Assembly (NCBI GenBank): GCA_022837635.1
Contig: JALHFY010000002.1
Location: forward strand, 5,055-69,054
DNA: 64,000 bases
Source: Candidatus Shapirobacteria bacterium
GTDB lineage: Bacteria > Patescibacteriota > Microgenomatia > UBA12405
Direction of reading: 5' to 3'
Part shown: one piece after another, positions 50,377 through 60,252 of the stretch
Layout of the letters: each line of letters starts with the position of its first letter
How positions within the stretch are numbered: the first letter of the stretch is position 1
Notes under the pieces: model-generated
The model's database searches: none
The model's input: the letters and a program-made list of their open reading frames with translations, nothing else
Told to the model about the DNA's origin: nothing
Translations under genes and position numbers: made by a program

Positions 50377-52143
50377 ATGGCACAAGTTTTTAAGACAACA
50401 GATTATACAATCGGTAAATTAATTGACGATATTGAAATCGGTGATATTGCTTTACCTGATATTCAACGTCCTTTTGTTTGGTACAAAAAAATATCAAAAG
50501 TTCGTGATTTGTTTGATTCTATTTATCGCGGTTATCCGATTGGTTATCTGCTTTTTTGGGAAAACGCAAACAGAAGTGATTACAGAAATATTGGGTTTGA
50601 AGAGAAAAAACGAAAAATACCAAGGTTTTTAATAATTGACGGACAACAAAGATTAACTGCTCTTTTCGCTGTAATGAAAAATCAGGAAGTTTTAACTCCT
50701 GACTATGAAAGTAAAAAAATTAAGATTGCATTTCGTCCAATAGACGCAAACTTTAAGGTTGGTGATGCAGCTACTGACCGAGACCCAGAATATATACCTG
50801 ATTTGTCAGCTTTATGGTCTGGAGAGGGTGACTATGCTGTGATTAGTAGTTTTATTTCTCAATTAAAAGAAAAACGGGAAATTACAAGAGAAGAAGAAAA
50901 GATAATTTCTACTAACATTCAATCTCTTATTAATGTTAATAAATATCCACTGACAGCTCTTGAAATAGCTCCAGACTTGGATGAAGAAATTGTATCGGAA
51001 ATTTTTGTCCGTATTAATAGTCAAGGCGTAAGTTTAACGCAAGCCGACTTTATTTTAACCCTACTTTCTGTTTATTGGGAAGAAGGGAGAACAGAAATTG
51101 AACAATTTTGTATTGATTCAAGGACGATTCCGGAAAAAGAAAGTCCCTTTTCTTCTTTTAATCATTTAATTAAACCTGATCCGGATGATATGCTTCGTGT
51201 TTTAGTGGGCTTGACATTTCGCCGCGCAAAAATGAAAGATGTTTATTCTGTTATTCGTGGACGTGATATGGAAACTGGAGAATTTTCTGAAGATTTAAGA
51301 ACACAACAGTTTGATAAATTAAAATTAAACTTACCAATAGTTCTGGATAATACTAACTGGCAAAGTTTTCTAAAAATTCTGATTGGAAGTGGATATAAAG
51401 ACGAGGAACTTATATCATCAAAAAATGCGGTCTTGTATAGTTATGTCCTTTTTCTGATTGGAAAAGAAAATTTTAACACCCAAAACCATGAGCTACAAAG
51501 AATTATCGGACGATGGTTTGTAATGTCTTCTTTGACAGGAAGGTATTCTTCTTCACCAGAAACCGCTTTTGAAAAGGATTTAAGTAGAATTAAAGAGTTT
51601 AGTCATGATGGATTTATTGACGGACTGGAAAAAATAATTGACGAGAATTTAACTAATGATTTTTGGGATATTACATTAGTCGGACAAATGGAAACGTCAT
51701 CAGCAAGAAGCCCAGAAGCCAACGCATTTTATGCAGCACTTAATAAACTTGGTTCACAGGTTTTGTTTTCTCGTAAACTGGTCGGTGATCTTTATGATCC
51801 ATCATTAAAAATTAGAAAGAAGCGTCTAGAAAGACATCATATTTTCCCAAGAAATTATCTTATTGCGAAATATGGATTTGATAAAAATAAAGACAAAGCA
51901 AAAATAAACCAAATTGCTAACCTGACATTTTTAGAATTTGAAGACAATATTGAAATTAGTGATAGTGCGCCAAGTGAATATTTTGCGATGCTTAAAAAGC
52001 GTTTTTCTGAAGAAGAGCTAAATCAAATGCTAGCTCAACATGCTATTCCACAAAAATTTTATGAACTAGAATATGATGAGTTTCTTAAAGAGAGAAGGAA
52101 GTTAATGGTGGGAGTTATTAGACAGGCATTTAACAAAACATAG
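50377..52143 (+). CDS. GmrSD-family (DUF262 plus HNH-like DUF1524) modification-dependent restriction protein
   Basis: LP.IQR.FVW, DGQQRLT, F.RINS, HHIFP...N; start placed at ATG 50377. Confidence 0.88.
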   Translation: MAQVFKTTDYTIGKLIDDIEIGDIALPDIQRPFVWYKKISKVRDLFDSIYRGYPIGYLLFWENANRSDYRNIGFEEKKRKIPRFLIIDGQQRLTALFAVMKNQEVLTPDYESKKIKIAFRPIDANFKVGDAATDRDPEYIPDLSALWSGEGDYAVISSFISQLKEKREITREEEKIISTNIQSLINVNKYPLTALEIAPDLDEEIVSEIFVRINSQGVSLTQADFILTLLSVYWEEGRTEIEQFCIDSRTIPEKESPFSSFNHLIKPDPDDMLRVLVGLTFRRAKMKDVYSVIRGRDMETGEFSEDLRTQQFDKLKLNLPIVLDNTNWQSFLKILIGSGYKDEELISSKNAVLYSYVLFLIGKENFNTQNHELQRIIGRWFVMSSLTGRYSSSPETAFEKDLSRIKEFSHDGFIDGLEKIIDENLTNDFWDITLVGQMETSSARSPEANAFYAALNKLGSQVLFSRKLVGDLYDPSLKIRKKRLERHHIFPRNYLIAKYGFDKNKDKAKINQIANLTFLEFEDNIEISDSAPSEYFAMLKKRFSEEELNQMLAQHAIPQKFYELEYDEFLKERRKLMVGVIRQAFNKT

Positions 52144-52216
52144 ATTAATACTGTATATAGTTAGCTTGTGTGAGTTATTTTGAAAAAGTTTGAAGGTGGA
52201 AGTGAAGCAGCAATAA

Positions 52217-52729
52217 TTATTTCTTAGCCTTGAGGAGAGCTACAAGACGGGCATGGGCTTTTTTGAGAAGATTACGTTCAAAATCATAGGCTAGTTTTTT
52301 GAGAGCTTCGTCATAGTGGTACCATTCACGACCAATAACAGTCTCGGAATCGTAATATTTTAGATTGCTGTCTTCACGATATTCCATCAGAAAAAAAGTG
52401 ACTTTTTTGATAATTTTTTTGTTGGTAACTTCGTCCCAGATAATATAATCTCTCGAACCGATTTTATCGATAATGGTGGCTTTGATGCGACCTTCTTCTT
52501 CCACTTCGCGAATGGCGGCTTGTTTTAGGACTTCACCGGGATTGAGATGACCTTTGGGAAACTTATAAATAGTATGGCGGGTTTTTTGACCGTGGCGCAA
52601 AGTACGTTTTTTGGAGAGAGTTTTGATGACAAACCAGAGAATTTCCCCATTGTTGACACGATAAACGATGCCTCCGGCGGAGCGTTCATCATAATTTAAA
52701 TTAGCCTGTTTTTGGGGAGTTTTGGTCAT
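52217..52729 (-). CDS. NUDIX hydrolase
   Basis: SAGGIV, FPKGH...GE....A.REVEEEG. Confidence 0.9.
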   Translation of the reverse strand: MTKTPQKQANLNYDERSAGGIVYRVNNGEILWFVIKTLSKKRTLRHGQKTRHTIYKFPKGHLNPGEVLKQAAIREVEEEGRIKATIIDKIGSRDYIIWDEVTNKKIIKKVTFFLMEYREDSNLKYYDSETVIGREWYHYDEALKKLAYDFERNLLKKAHARLVALLKAKK

Positions 52730-52751
52730 GAGATATTATACAATACGGGGG

Positions 52752-52825
52752 TATACCCGAGAGGATTTGAACCTCCAACCTTCAGCTTCGGAGGCCGACG
52801 CTCTATCCAATTGAGCTACGGGTAT
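52752..52825 (-). tRNA. tRNA-Arg(CCG)
   Basis: ATACCCG/CGGGTAT-A; TCGGC-CTCCGAA-GCTGA; TTCAAAT. Confidence 0.95.
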
Positions 52826-52832
52826 GGGTCCC

Positions 52833-53183
52833 CTATTTTACCTCAATTTTAGCCAATTCGTCGTTAAGTTCGCCGGTAAACATCTCTGCCGGTCTAAAGC
52901 CGACAAAATCTTTGATAATTTTACCTTGATAAAAAAGTTTCAGGTTGGGAATGCTCATAATTTGATAATCAAAGGCTAGAGAACGGTTGTCAGATTGTTC
53001 GGTGTCTACTTTGGCGACTTTGAGTTTACCGTCAAATTGTTTGGCAATCTCTTCCAGAACTGGGGCCATCATTTGACAAGGTCCGCACCAAGGCGCCCAA
53101 AAATCGACTAAAACCGGTAATTTTTCGTCTAAAACTTCAGTTTTGAATTGGTCGACACCAAGAATGTTAAGAGGTGGTGACAT
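52833..53183 (-). CDS. trxA: Thioredoxin
   Basis: [13 protein letters not shown]. Confidence 0.95.
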   Translation of the reverse strand: MSPPLNILGVDQFKTEVLDEKLPVLVDFWAPWCGPCQMMAPVLEEIAKQFDGKLKVAKVDTEQSDNRSLAFDYQIMSIPNLKLFYQGKIIKDFVGFRPAEMFTGELNDELAKIEVK

Positions 53184-53406
53184 ATTTTTTTAAGTTAATT
53201 AATAATTTTTTATCGCTTTTTTTAAGTTTGGGAAAGCAAGAATCAAACTGCTCTTCGACAATAGTGGTAGTGAGACTGGAAAGAGCTGATTTAGCGGCTT
53301 TGAGTTGAGTCAAAATTTGCAGACAATCGGCCTGAGAATTCAGCATTTTTTTAATACCTTCCAGTTGCCCGATAATATTGTTGAGGCGTTGCTGTTTTGA
53401 TTTCAT
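53167..53406 (-). CDS. CsoR/RcnR family repressor
   Basis: RL..I.GQLEGI..M....C..ILTQL.A. Confidence 0.88.
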   Translation of the reverse strand: MKSKQQRLNNIIGQLEGIKKMLNSQADCLQILTQLKAAKSALSSLTTTIVEEQFDSCFPKLKKSDKKLLINLKKYVTTS

Positions 53407-53421
53407 AATTTACTTTAACAT

Positions 53422-53438
53422 ACACCCCCTGGGGGTGT
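53422..53438. promoter_or_regulatory. CsoR-type operator in the csoR-trxA promoter
   Basis: ACACCCCC-T-GGGGGTGT overlapping TTGACA, upstream of TGnTAAAGT (minus strand). Confidence 0.8.
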
Positions 53439-53467
53439 CAAGAAATAAAGATGGAGTAAAATAATTT

Positions 53468-54517
53468 ATGAAAAAAATCTTAGTATGGTTAACCCTGTGG
53501 TGCTGGATAATTAATCCAAAAATAGTGGTAGCAAAGAATCCAAGTGTCGGTTTTCAGGGTGAGGTGGTGGAAATTTTAGAGGAAAAAGAGATTGAGGTGA
53601 TGGAGAAAAAACAATGGTATCAAAAGTTGGTGGTGGAAAGTTTGGATAAAAGTCAGCAGGTAGAAATAGAAAACGGCAATGATCCCCTGGCCAACGTGGT
53701 CAAATATCAAGTGGGTGACCAGGTGATAGTTAACACTGAAGGGGAAGCTTATATTGTCGATTTTGTGAGAAGCAAAGCGTTGGTGTGGTTAGCAATAATT
53801 TTTGTGGGATTGTTAATCGCGGTGGCCGGGAGTCGCGGGGCATGGTCGCTGTTGGCGATGGGAGTAACTTTCTTGGTCGTATTTTGGTTTATGTTGCCAC
53901 GGATTTTGGCGGGAGATAATCCGGTAGTGATCGCCATTTTGTCATCTTTGTTTATCATCCCGGTAACTTTTTATATGTCTCACGGTGTTAATCGTAAAAC
54001 GACGATTGCCATTATCGCCTCGGTAATTACTTTAATAATTGCGGCAATATTGGGATGGATTTTTATCAAGTTGGGTTATTTAACCGGATTGTCTTCGGAG
54101 GAAGCGGGAATGTTGGCTTTGGATAAAAGTAATTTACAAATGCGAGGGGTATTGTTGGCGGGAATGGTAATCGGGGCCTTGGGAGTGTTGGATGATATCA
54201 CTGTGTCACAGTCGGCCATTGTAGAGGAATTGGCGACCACAGCCGAGTTAAAAAAAGCCAAAGATTTGTACAATCGGTCGATGGTGGTGGGCAAGGATCA
54301 TATTACTTCAATGGTAAATACTTTAGTGTTGGCTTATGCCGGAGCGGCCATGCCCTTGATGTTAATCTTTGTGAATAATCCCCACCCTTTTGGAGAAATT
54401 ATTAACTATGAAATGATAGCTGAGGAAATTATCCGCACCTTGGTGGGTAGCATTGCTCTGATTTTAGCGGTGCCGATCAGTAGTTTTATCGCCGCGAATT
54501 GGAAGAGGGAGAGTTAA
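53468..54517 (+). CDS. YibE/F family membrane protein
   Basis: GALGVLDDITVSQ, SMVNTLVLAYAG. Confidence 0.9.
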   Translation: MKKILVWLTLWCWIINPKIVVAKNPSVGFQGEVVEILEEKEIEVMEKKQWYQKLVVESLDKSQQVEIENGNDPLANVVKYQVGDQVIVNTEGEAYIVDFVRSKALVWLAIIFVGLLIAVAGSRGAWSLLAMGVTFLVVFWFMLPRILAGDNPVVIAILSSLFIIPVTFYMSHGVNRKTTIAIIASVITLIIAAILGWIFIKLGYLTGLSSEEAGMLALDKSNLQMRGVLLAGMVIGALGVLDDITVSQSAIVEELATTAELKKAKDLYNRSMVVGKDHITSMVNTLVLAYAGAAMPLMLIFVNNPHPFGEIINYEMIAEEIIRTLVGSIALILAVPISSFIAANWKRES

Positions 54518-55065
54518 GAACTTTTCACCTGTAAAAATCGGTTGGATTGGTAAAAAGATTCGACACTTCCGAGTTGCCACCAACCTGTCAATTCTGGTTG
54601 AATAATTAATTCCGGCTGATGAAAGGGAACACGTCCGGGAGATAAAGTTAAACTCAAAGGATGTGTGCCCCGACTATCTCTAATTTGAATTAGCTCTTGG
54701 CCTTCAAAAACAGTACCCAGCCTAAATAGTGATCTACGAATAGCAATATCTTGGAGATGAGTATGAACGGTTTCTTGAATGGTGTAATCAAGACCAGAAT
54801 GAACATTGCTGGGATGATCATCATACACATCAGAGGCACTGGAAACTAAATCCTTAAGAATCAATCGATTATTTTTTAAAAAAATAAAGTAGGCGTCCTC
54901 ATATATTTGACAGGCTTGGATAAAATCTAAATTACAGCGACCAAATTTCCAAATTAGATGCCAATTACCAGGCCCATAAGACTGATCCCAAAGACGATAT
55001 TTTTCATCTCTTTTAGAGCCTAAATAACCAACTTGTTGATTTAGTGTTTCGTATTCGCAATTCAT
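54514..55065 (-). CDS. Hypothetical protein
   Basis: 183 aa; TAAAGT 6 nt before ATG; no family recognised. Confidence 0.7.
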   Translation of the reverse strand: MNCEYETLNQQVGYLGSKRDEKYRLWDQSYGPGNWHLIWKFGRCNLDFIQACQIYEDAYFIFLKNNRLILKDLVSSASDVYDDHPSNVHSGLDYTIQETVHTHLQDIAIRRSLFRLGTVFEGQELIQIRDSRGTHPLSLTLSPGRVPFHQPELIIQPELTGWWQLGSVESFYQSNRFLQVKSS

Positions 55066-55091
55066 AGACGAACTTTAAACTGAAATCATTT

Positions 55092-55121
55092 GAAAGTCTA
55101 GTAAAGTCGACTTCACTAGAT
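55092..55121. promoter_or_regulatory. Palindromic putative operator, copy 1
   Basis: GAAAGTCTAGTAAAGTCGACTTCACTAGAT; 24/30 identical to 63201-63230. Confidence 0.7.
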
Positions 55122-55150
55122 TTCAGAAAAGGGCGGGCTATAATCCCCTT

Positions 55151-55840
55151 ATGGAAGAACTACATGAATATCAATTTTCAATTTTAAGAACTTTATTATT
55201 TAAACCAGGAGCACGATTTTCCGAATTAAATAAAGTCGGTATAAGTAGTGATCATTTTAATTTTCATGTTAAACAATTGAGTAATTGGGGTTTGGTTAAA
55301 AAGGAAAATCAAAGATACTTTTTGACTAATAAAGGTAAGGAATTGGCGGGGAGGATGGATACTGATCAACTGACGATAGAGAAACAAGCCAAGTTGGGGG
55401 TGGCATTACATGCTGTTCGTAAGAATAAGGGAGTGACGGAATATTTAATTCATCATCGATTAAAAGAACCACTGTATGGTTGGTACGGTTCACATTCAGG
55501 CAAAATTCGTCGGGGAGAAAATCCGGAAGAAACCGCCAAACGAGAGTTTTTTGAGGAAACAGGTTTAACAGGTAAATTTAGTCTGAAAGCGATTAAGCAA
55601 CAACGAGAATTTGATGCTACCGGGAAATTGTTAGAGGATAAATATTTTTGGGTCTATCGAGTGGATGATGTCCAAGGTACGTTGAAAGAAAAGGTAGAGG
55701 AGGGGGAAAATTTGTGGATGACAAAAGAAGAAATTAAAAAACTAAAAAATGTGTTTGCCAGTTTTGAGGAAATGTATGAAGTTTTGGAGAGTCAAGAAGT
55801 GTTGATTTTAAGAGGTGACAGGACGCTGGAAAAATATTAA
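55151..55840 (+). CDS. wHTH-NUDIX fusion protein
   Basis: N-terminal RFSEL..SDHFNFH.K.L...Y.LT.KG; Nudix GKI..GE....A.RE..EETG. Confidence 0.88.
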   Translation: MEELHEYQFSILRTLLFKPGARFSELNKVGISSDHFNFHVKQLSNWGLVKKENQRYFLTNKGKELAGRMDTDQLTIEKQAKLGVALHAVRKNKGVTEYLIHHRLKEPLYGWYGSHSGKIRRGENPEETAKREFFEETGLTGKFSLKAIKQQREFDATGKLLEDKYFWVYRVDDVQGTLKEKVEEGENLWMTKEEIKKLKNVFASFEEMYEVLESQEVLILRGDRTLEKY

Positions 55841-56455
55841 TTAATCTAACAAATGGGCTTGGTCGTTCCAGCATTTAAGTTGCCAGGGGCCGTGTTCGTT
55901 GGTCAAAATGGAAATACCAGTATTGCCTAATCTAAGGAATTTTCTTGAATCGATGACAATTTGAGGAGTGAGATTATCGCCAAAAAAGAGAAGAGAGGTG
56001 AGGAAACTGATGAAGTTACCATGAGAGACAACTAAAATATTGTCTTGATTAAATGACTCTAAAAATTTGATAGCCTGGTATCCCCTCTTTTGTAAATCAT
56101 AAAAATTTTCTTCATCGGAATAGTGCCAATGGGGGTCGGAGACAAATTTTTCTTTAATTTTTTTTAAAACAGAGGTTACCTGAGGATTTTCATAGGCGAG
56201 ACCGACAATTTCTGAAGGTTTTCTAGTTTCAATAAAAAGATCACTGGCGATAACTTTTTTAGAAATAAAATTGGCAGTTTGAAGGGCTCTGGTGTAGGAG
56301 GAAGAAACAACTAAATCTAATTTAAAATCTTCGAAACGATGGGCTAATTTTTTAGCTTGCTCCAGTCCCTTGTCATTGAGAGGCTCATCAGGAGTTTGAG
56401 TTTTGGCCTGTTGACGGGCATCAGTGGCCCCATGACGAACAAAATAAAGGTTCAT
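55841..56455 (-). CDS. Histidine phosphatase family protein
   Basis: RHG, RALQTA, VSHG, N...HL. Confidence 0.9.
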   Translation of the reverse strand: MNLYFVRHGATDARQQAKTQTPDEPLNDKGLEQAKKLAHRFEDFKLDLVVSSSYTRALQTANFISKKVIASDLFIETRKPSEIVGLAYENPQVTSVLKKIKEKFVSDPHWHYSDEENFYDLQKRGYQAIKFLESFNQDNILVVSHGNFISFLTSLLFFGDNLTPQIVIDSRKFLRLGNTGISILTNEHGPWQLKCWNDQAHLLD

Positions 56456-56943
56456 ATTTTGTGTGCGTATTTTTCATCAAAGATTTTAATGACATGGTCA
56501 ATTTTGGAGGGGTCGATTTGGCGAGTTTGCATAATTTCTTCGATAAAAGGACGAAGTTCAACATAAGTAAGGTGAGTACTGGGAGTCAATTTTAATTTAG
56601 CCACCTCGTCAAGAGTAAACCAAGCGATACCTTGACCTTCACCGGGACCAAGTTTAAATTTGTCTTCATCTGCCTTGTCAACAAAAGCGACAAAAACATG
56701 GACATTTTCGCCACGACTGCCCCGACGGGTAAGAACATGTTGACAATGTGGCAATCTAACGGAAACTTCTTCCTCAACTTCACGAAGCACGGCCTCGCGG
56801 GGACTTTCCCCCGGCTCAATGCCACCACCGACTATTTGCCAACAATCAGGTGAAGGAATAGTGGGAATGTTGTCCCGATGAAAAAGAAGAACTTTGTCAG
56901 GGCTCATGATTAAAGCACTAGCACCATCTTTGACTCTTTCCAT
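56452..56943 (-). CDS. NUDIX hydrolase
   Basis: GGGIEPGESPREAVLREVEEE. Confidence 0.92.
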   Translation of the reverse strand: MERVKDGASALIMSPDKVLLFHRDNIPTIPSPDCWQIVGGGIEPGESPREAVLREVEEEVSVRLPHCQHVLTRRGSRGENVHVFVAFVDKADEDKFKLGPGEGQGIAWFTLDEVAKLKLTPSTHLTYVELRPFIEEIMQTRQIDPSKIDHVIKIFDEKYAHKI

Positions 56944-57004
56944 GAGAATATTGTATCGCTAATGGATATAGACTGATTGAAAAGAAGTTGGAGGAAAGAG
57001 GAAA

Positions 57005-57421
57005 TTATTTCAACAGGGATTTAAACTCGGGATAATTTTCGGCGATAATTTTTTTCCATTTGTCGGTTTCTCGAGGTTCACCAATTTCGTTTTTGGAATA
57101 CACCAACAGGATTCTGATAGTTTTTTTATGGGAATCAACGGCGGCAATAAGGCGATTGCCTGAACTTTTGGCGGAAATATTGCTACCGGCAATCTTAAAA
57201 TCAAGCTTAACAATCATCCAGGAATCAATGGGACAGATAATATCCAACTGTGCGGTGTTGGAAATATGCTTGGGAGCAATATTATCATAACGACGAAGAA
57301 ATTCTCTGATGGCAGTTAAAGTGACATTCCAGGCTTTACCTTTATATTTTTTGGAAAACTTGCGAATATAGTGATTTTCGGCAAATCTTTCAATAAAAAC
57401 TGAATAGTCATTAGTAGACAT
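57005..57421 (-). CDS. Putative toxin, possibly RelE-like
   Basis: Basic 138 aa ORF coupled to a Panacea antitoxin; KSSGNRLI...ILLVYSK. Confidence 0.6.
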   Translation of the reverse strand: MSTNDYSVFIERFAENHYIRKFSKKYKGKAWNVTLTAIREFLRRYDNIAPKHISNTAQLDIICPIDSWMIVKLDFKIAGSNISAKSSGNRLIAAVDSHKKTIRILLVYSKNEIGEPRETDKWKKIIAENYPEFKSLLK

Positions 57422-58091
57422 AATCGGGGTCCTGTTGGGTGATTAATTCGTAAGGTATCACTTCCCCGGGGTTACAAATTTGATAAGGAAGTTGCTGATG
57501 AGTGAAATCAACGATTTCTGAAGTTCTTTTACCTTTCCATTTTTGGGCAATTTTCTGGATTAATTGTTGTTCTTGAGTATTTAAGATTTTGGATTGGAAT
57601 TGCTGGCCGGTATCGCTAAGACTAATCAATTGACTATTGTCTTTGAAGAGAATATTGATTTTTCCATCTAAAAAAAGTTCATCAATGGCCCGAAAATAGT
57701 GGTTGGGAACAGGACCTTGGTCCAAACGGCGATATTGAGCACCGGTCATTGGTTCTAGTTGTGAATAAAACCAGGCAAAATCAGCTAAGTAAATGAGTTT
57801 AGCAAGTTTGGTTTTGGTCATTTGACCGTCATCATCGGCACCATATTTGAGCATGTTTAACAAAACTTCAGTATATTTTTCTTCGTTTAAGATGTTTTCG
57901 GAAATGATATCAGTAGTACCAACACCGAGTCTGTTGGCCAAATTGCTAACTTGGTTCAAGGTTAAATTGGGACTACCGTTTTTTTCCAGGGCGATATAGG
58001 TGGCACGAGAAATACCTAGAGCGGCAGCCATTTGGGCTTGAGTCCAACCTTGATTTTTACGTAACTTGGCAATGTATTGTGCATCAATCAT
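57411..58091 (-). CDS. XRE-HTH plus Panacea (DUF4065/SocA) antitoxin
   Basis: LRK..GWTQ..MA..LGISR..Y..LE; KLAKLIYLAD, GPVP. Confidence 0.88.
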   Translation of the reverse strand: MIDAQYIAKLRKNQGWTQAQMAAALGISRATYIALEKNGSPNLTLNQVSNLANRLGVGTTDIISENILNEEKYTEVLLNMLKYGADDDGQMTKTKLAKLIYLADFAWFYSQLEPMTGAQYRRLDQGPVPNHYFRAIDELFLDGKINILFKDNSQLISLSDTGQQFQSKILNTQEQQLIQKIAQKWKGKRTSEIVDFTHQQLPYQICNPGEVIPYELITQQDPDYVY

Positions 58092-58115
58092 GCTTTAGTT
58101 TAGTTCTGAGTGGTA

Positions 58116-58140
58116 AAAATGTCAAATTTTTTGACATTTT
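58116..58140. promoter_or_regulatory. Inverted-repeat operator over the -35 of the TA operon
   Basis: AAAATGTCAAA-TTT-TTTGACATTTT; extra half-site near 58167. Confidence 0.75.
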
Positions 58141-58221
58141 AATGTAAAAAATGGGGACAGGATTTGAAAATGTCACACTGGATAAAAAGTCAGGTGGAGG
58201 AATATTTACGACCACAAAATA

Positions 58222-58785
58222 TTATTTTTTAAGAGATATATTTGACTGTGAATTACGAAAAGTTGCGGTAATTTTGGTAAATATGTGACGTGGATGATCG
58301 TTGTTTTGATCAAAAGTCATCTTTTCATTTTTTGGTTCTATGAAAAGTTGAGCTTTATCTTTGCTTTTTCGACTGCCAGCCAACACCATTAATTGAGCTT
58401 CATTTTTTTTATTTTTAGAAATTTTAACTTCAACCCAATAATCATCATCAGATTTGTGTTCATTTTTAACTTTTATTAATTCTCCGTCTATATTAATAAT
58501 GTCTGCATTTTTAAACTTAAATGACTTGGAAATGCTTATAAAGTCTTCTGTTTTTTCCTCAATTGGCTTATCAAGAGTAATTTTAAAATCACAGTTTATA
58601 CACTCATACTTGTATTCCCCTATAGAATACTTTTCTTTAGATTTTTTTAGATTGCAATTACATTTAGGGTTTGGACATAATGGAGTTGTGTGGGTACTTA
58701 TAGAACCACTAAAAGGATTCTTGACATAAAACAAATGCCAATTAATTTTATGCCAATGATATATTATTAGTTTTTTGTGTTTCAT
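58222..58785 (-). CDS. Hypothetical protein with Cys cluster (AT-rich)
   Basis: CPNPKC...CINC; 187 aa. Confidence 0.6.
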   Translation of the reverse strand: MKHKKLIIYHWHKINWHLFYVKNPFSGSISTHTTPLCPNPKCNCNLKKSKEKYSIGEYKYECINCDFKITLDKPIEEKTEDFISISKSFKFKNADIINIDGELIKVKNEHKSDDDYWVEVKISKNKKNEAQLMVLAGSRKSKDKAQLFIEPKNEKMTFDQNNDHPRHIFTKITATFRNSQSNISLKK

Positions 58786-58925
58786 ACTTTTGTATAAATT
58801 TATGAAATGTACATTATATATACCGAAATAAACCCGAAGTCAAGAGGTGTGATTTAATCAATATTAAGAATGAATATTGAAAATTAACTACTTTACTTCG
58901 GGTATTGATCGGGTAATATGTAAGT

Positions 58926-59708
58926 ATGGAAGTGTATTTTAAACAACCGAATTTCTGTCTTTATAAAGGTGATTGTGTACAGGTGTTAAAAAAAATTAAA
59001 AACAATTCGGTTGATATGATATTTGCCGATCCTCCTTACTTTTTATCAAACGGTACCTTTACTTGTAAAAATGGGAAAATGGTTAGTGTCAAAAAAGGTG
59101 AATGGGATATGGGAAAAAGTTTAAAAGAAAATTTAAAATTTCATACCAAGTGGATAAAAGAATGTAAAAGAGTATTAAAACCTGAAGGTACCATATGGAT
59201 TAGCGGAACTTACCATTCAATATATCAATGTGGTTTTGCTTTACAAAAAAATGATTATAAAATTTTAAATGAAATAGTTTGGTATAAACCTAATGCTTCA
59301 CCGAATTTAAGTTGTCGATTTTTTACAGCCAGCCATGAGACTTTGATTTGGGCTCGGAAAGACAAAAAAGCTAAACATACTTTCAATTATGATGTGGTTA
59401 AAAATAATGATTGGCCCAAAGACTTTTTGAAAAAGAAAGGTTTTCAAATGAGATCAGTTTGGGCTATTTATACCCCAAGAAAAGAAGAAAAAGTTTTTGG
59501 AAAACATCCAACCCAAAAATCACTCGAACTGCTCAATAGAATCATCCTGTCGAGTACAAAAAAAGGAGATATTGTTTTGGATCCATTTACAGGAAGCTCA
59601 ACCACTGGTATTGCAGCCATAACAAATGATCGGCAATTTTTAGGGATAGACACTGAAAAGGAATATTTAGATTTGTCAATAAAAAGATACAAAGCTTTGA
59701 TAAAATAA
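58926..59708 (+). CDS. Beta-class N6-adenine/N4-cytosine DNA methyltransferase (DpnA-like)
   Basis: FADPPYFLS, HPTQK, DPFTGSSTTG. Confidence 0.92.
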   Translation: MEVYFKQPNFCLYKGDCVQVLKKIKNNSVDMIFADPPYFLSNGTFTCKNGKMVSVKKGEWDMGKSLKENLKFHTKWIKECKRVLKPEGTIWISGTYHSIYQCGFALQKNDYKILNEIVWYKPNASPNLSCRFFTASHETLIWARKDKKAKHTFNYDVVKNNDWPKDFLKKKGFQMRSVWAIYTPRKEEKVFGKHPTQKSLELLNRIILSSTKKGDIVLDPFTGSSTTGIAAITNDRQFLGIDTEKEYLDLSIKRYKALIK

Positions 59709-59712
59709 AGAC

Positions 59713-60252
59713 ATGATACAAGGTGGTGTTGGTGGAGCTAACACAAAAACAGGCTTATATTATGAAGGTAAGGTGGATCTGCTGACATTTATAGCTTCTA
59801 AAAAAGGTTATTCTATAAAGGATAATATTGTTTATTTTCACGGGAAAGAAGTTGCTCAAACATTTAAGAAACATGCTCTCTATACATACTTGGCTAAACG
59901 AGGAATAAATTATAAAGATTACATATCAAAAAAATTATTACCAGATGATTCGATTTTTGTAATAGTCAAAAATACTTTATTTATCATAGAAGTGAAGTTT
60001 CAAAGAGTAGCAGGTTCTACGGATGAAAAACTACAAACTTGTGATTTTAAAATCAAACAGTACAGAAAACTATTATCAAGATTAAATATAGAAGTAAAGT
60101 TTATTTATATTCTCAACAGAGAATGGTTTGATAAACCGGTGTATAAAGATGTACTTGATTACATTGTTTCGATAGATGGTTGTCGGTATTATTTTGACTA
60201 TCTGCCATTACATGAACTTGGTTTACCAGTACCTGATGGTGAAAATGACTAA
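59713..60252 (+). CDS. Type II restriction endonuclease, PD-(D/E)XK
   Basis: LLPDD...IIEVK.Q..GS.DEKL; flanked by two methylases. Confidence 0.8.
   Translation: MIQGGVGGANTKTGLYYEGKVDLLTFIASKKGYSIKDNIVYFHGKEVAQTFKKHALYTYLAKRGINYKDYISKKLLPDDSIFVIVKNTLFIIEVKFQRVAGSTDEKLQTCDFKIKQYRKLLSRLNIEVKFIYILNREWFDKPVYKDVLDYIVSIDGCRYYFDYLPLHELGLPVPDGEND

Noticed and set aside
52752-52825. A1-U72 pair in tRNA-Arg(CCG)
   Set aside because: Uncommon, but Arg identity rests mainly on A20 and the anticodon, which are intact.
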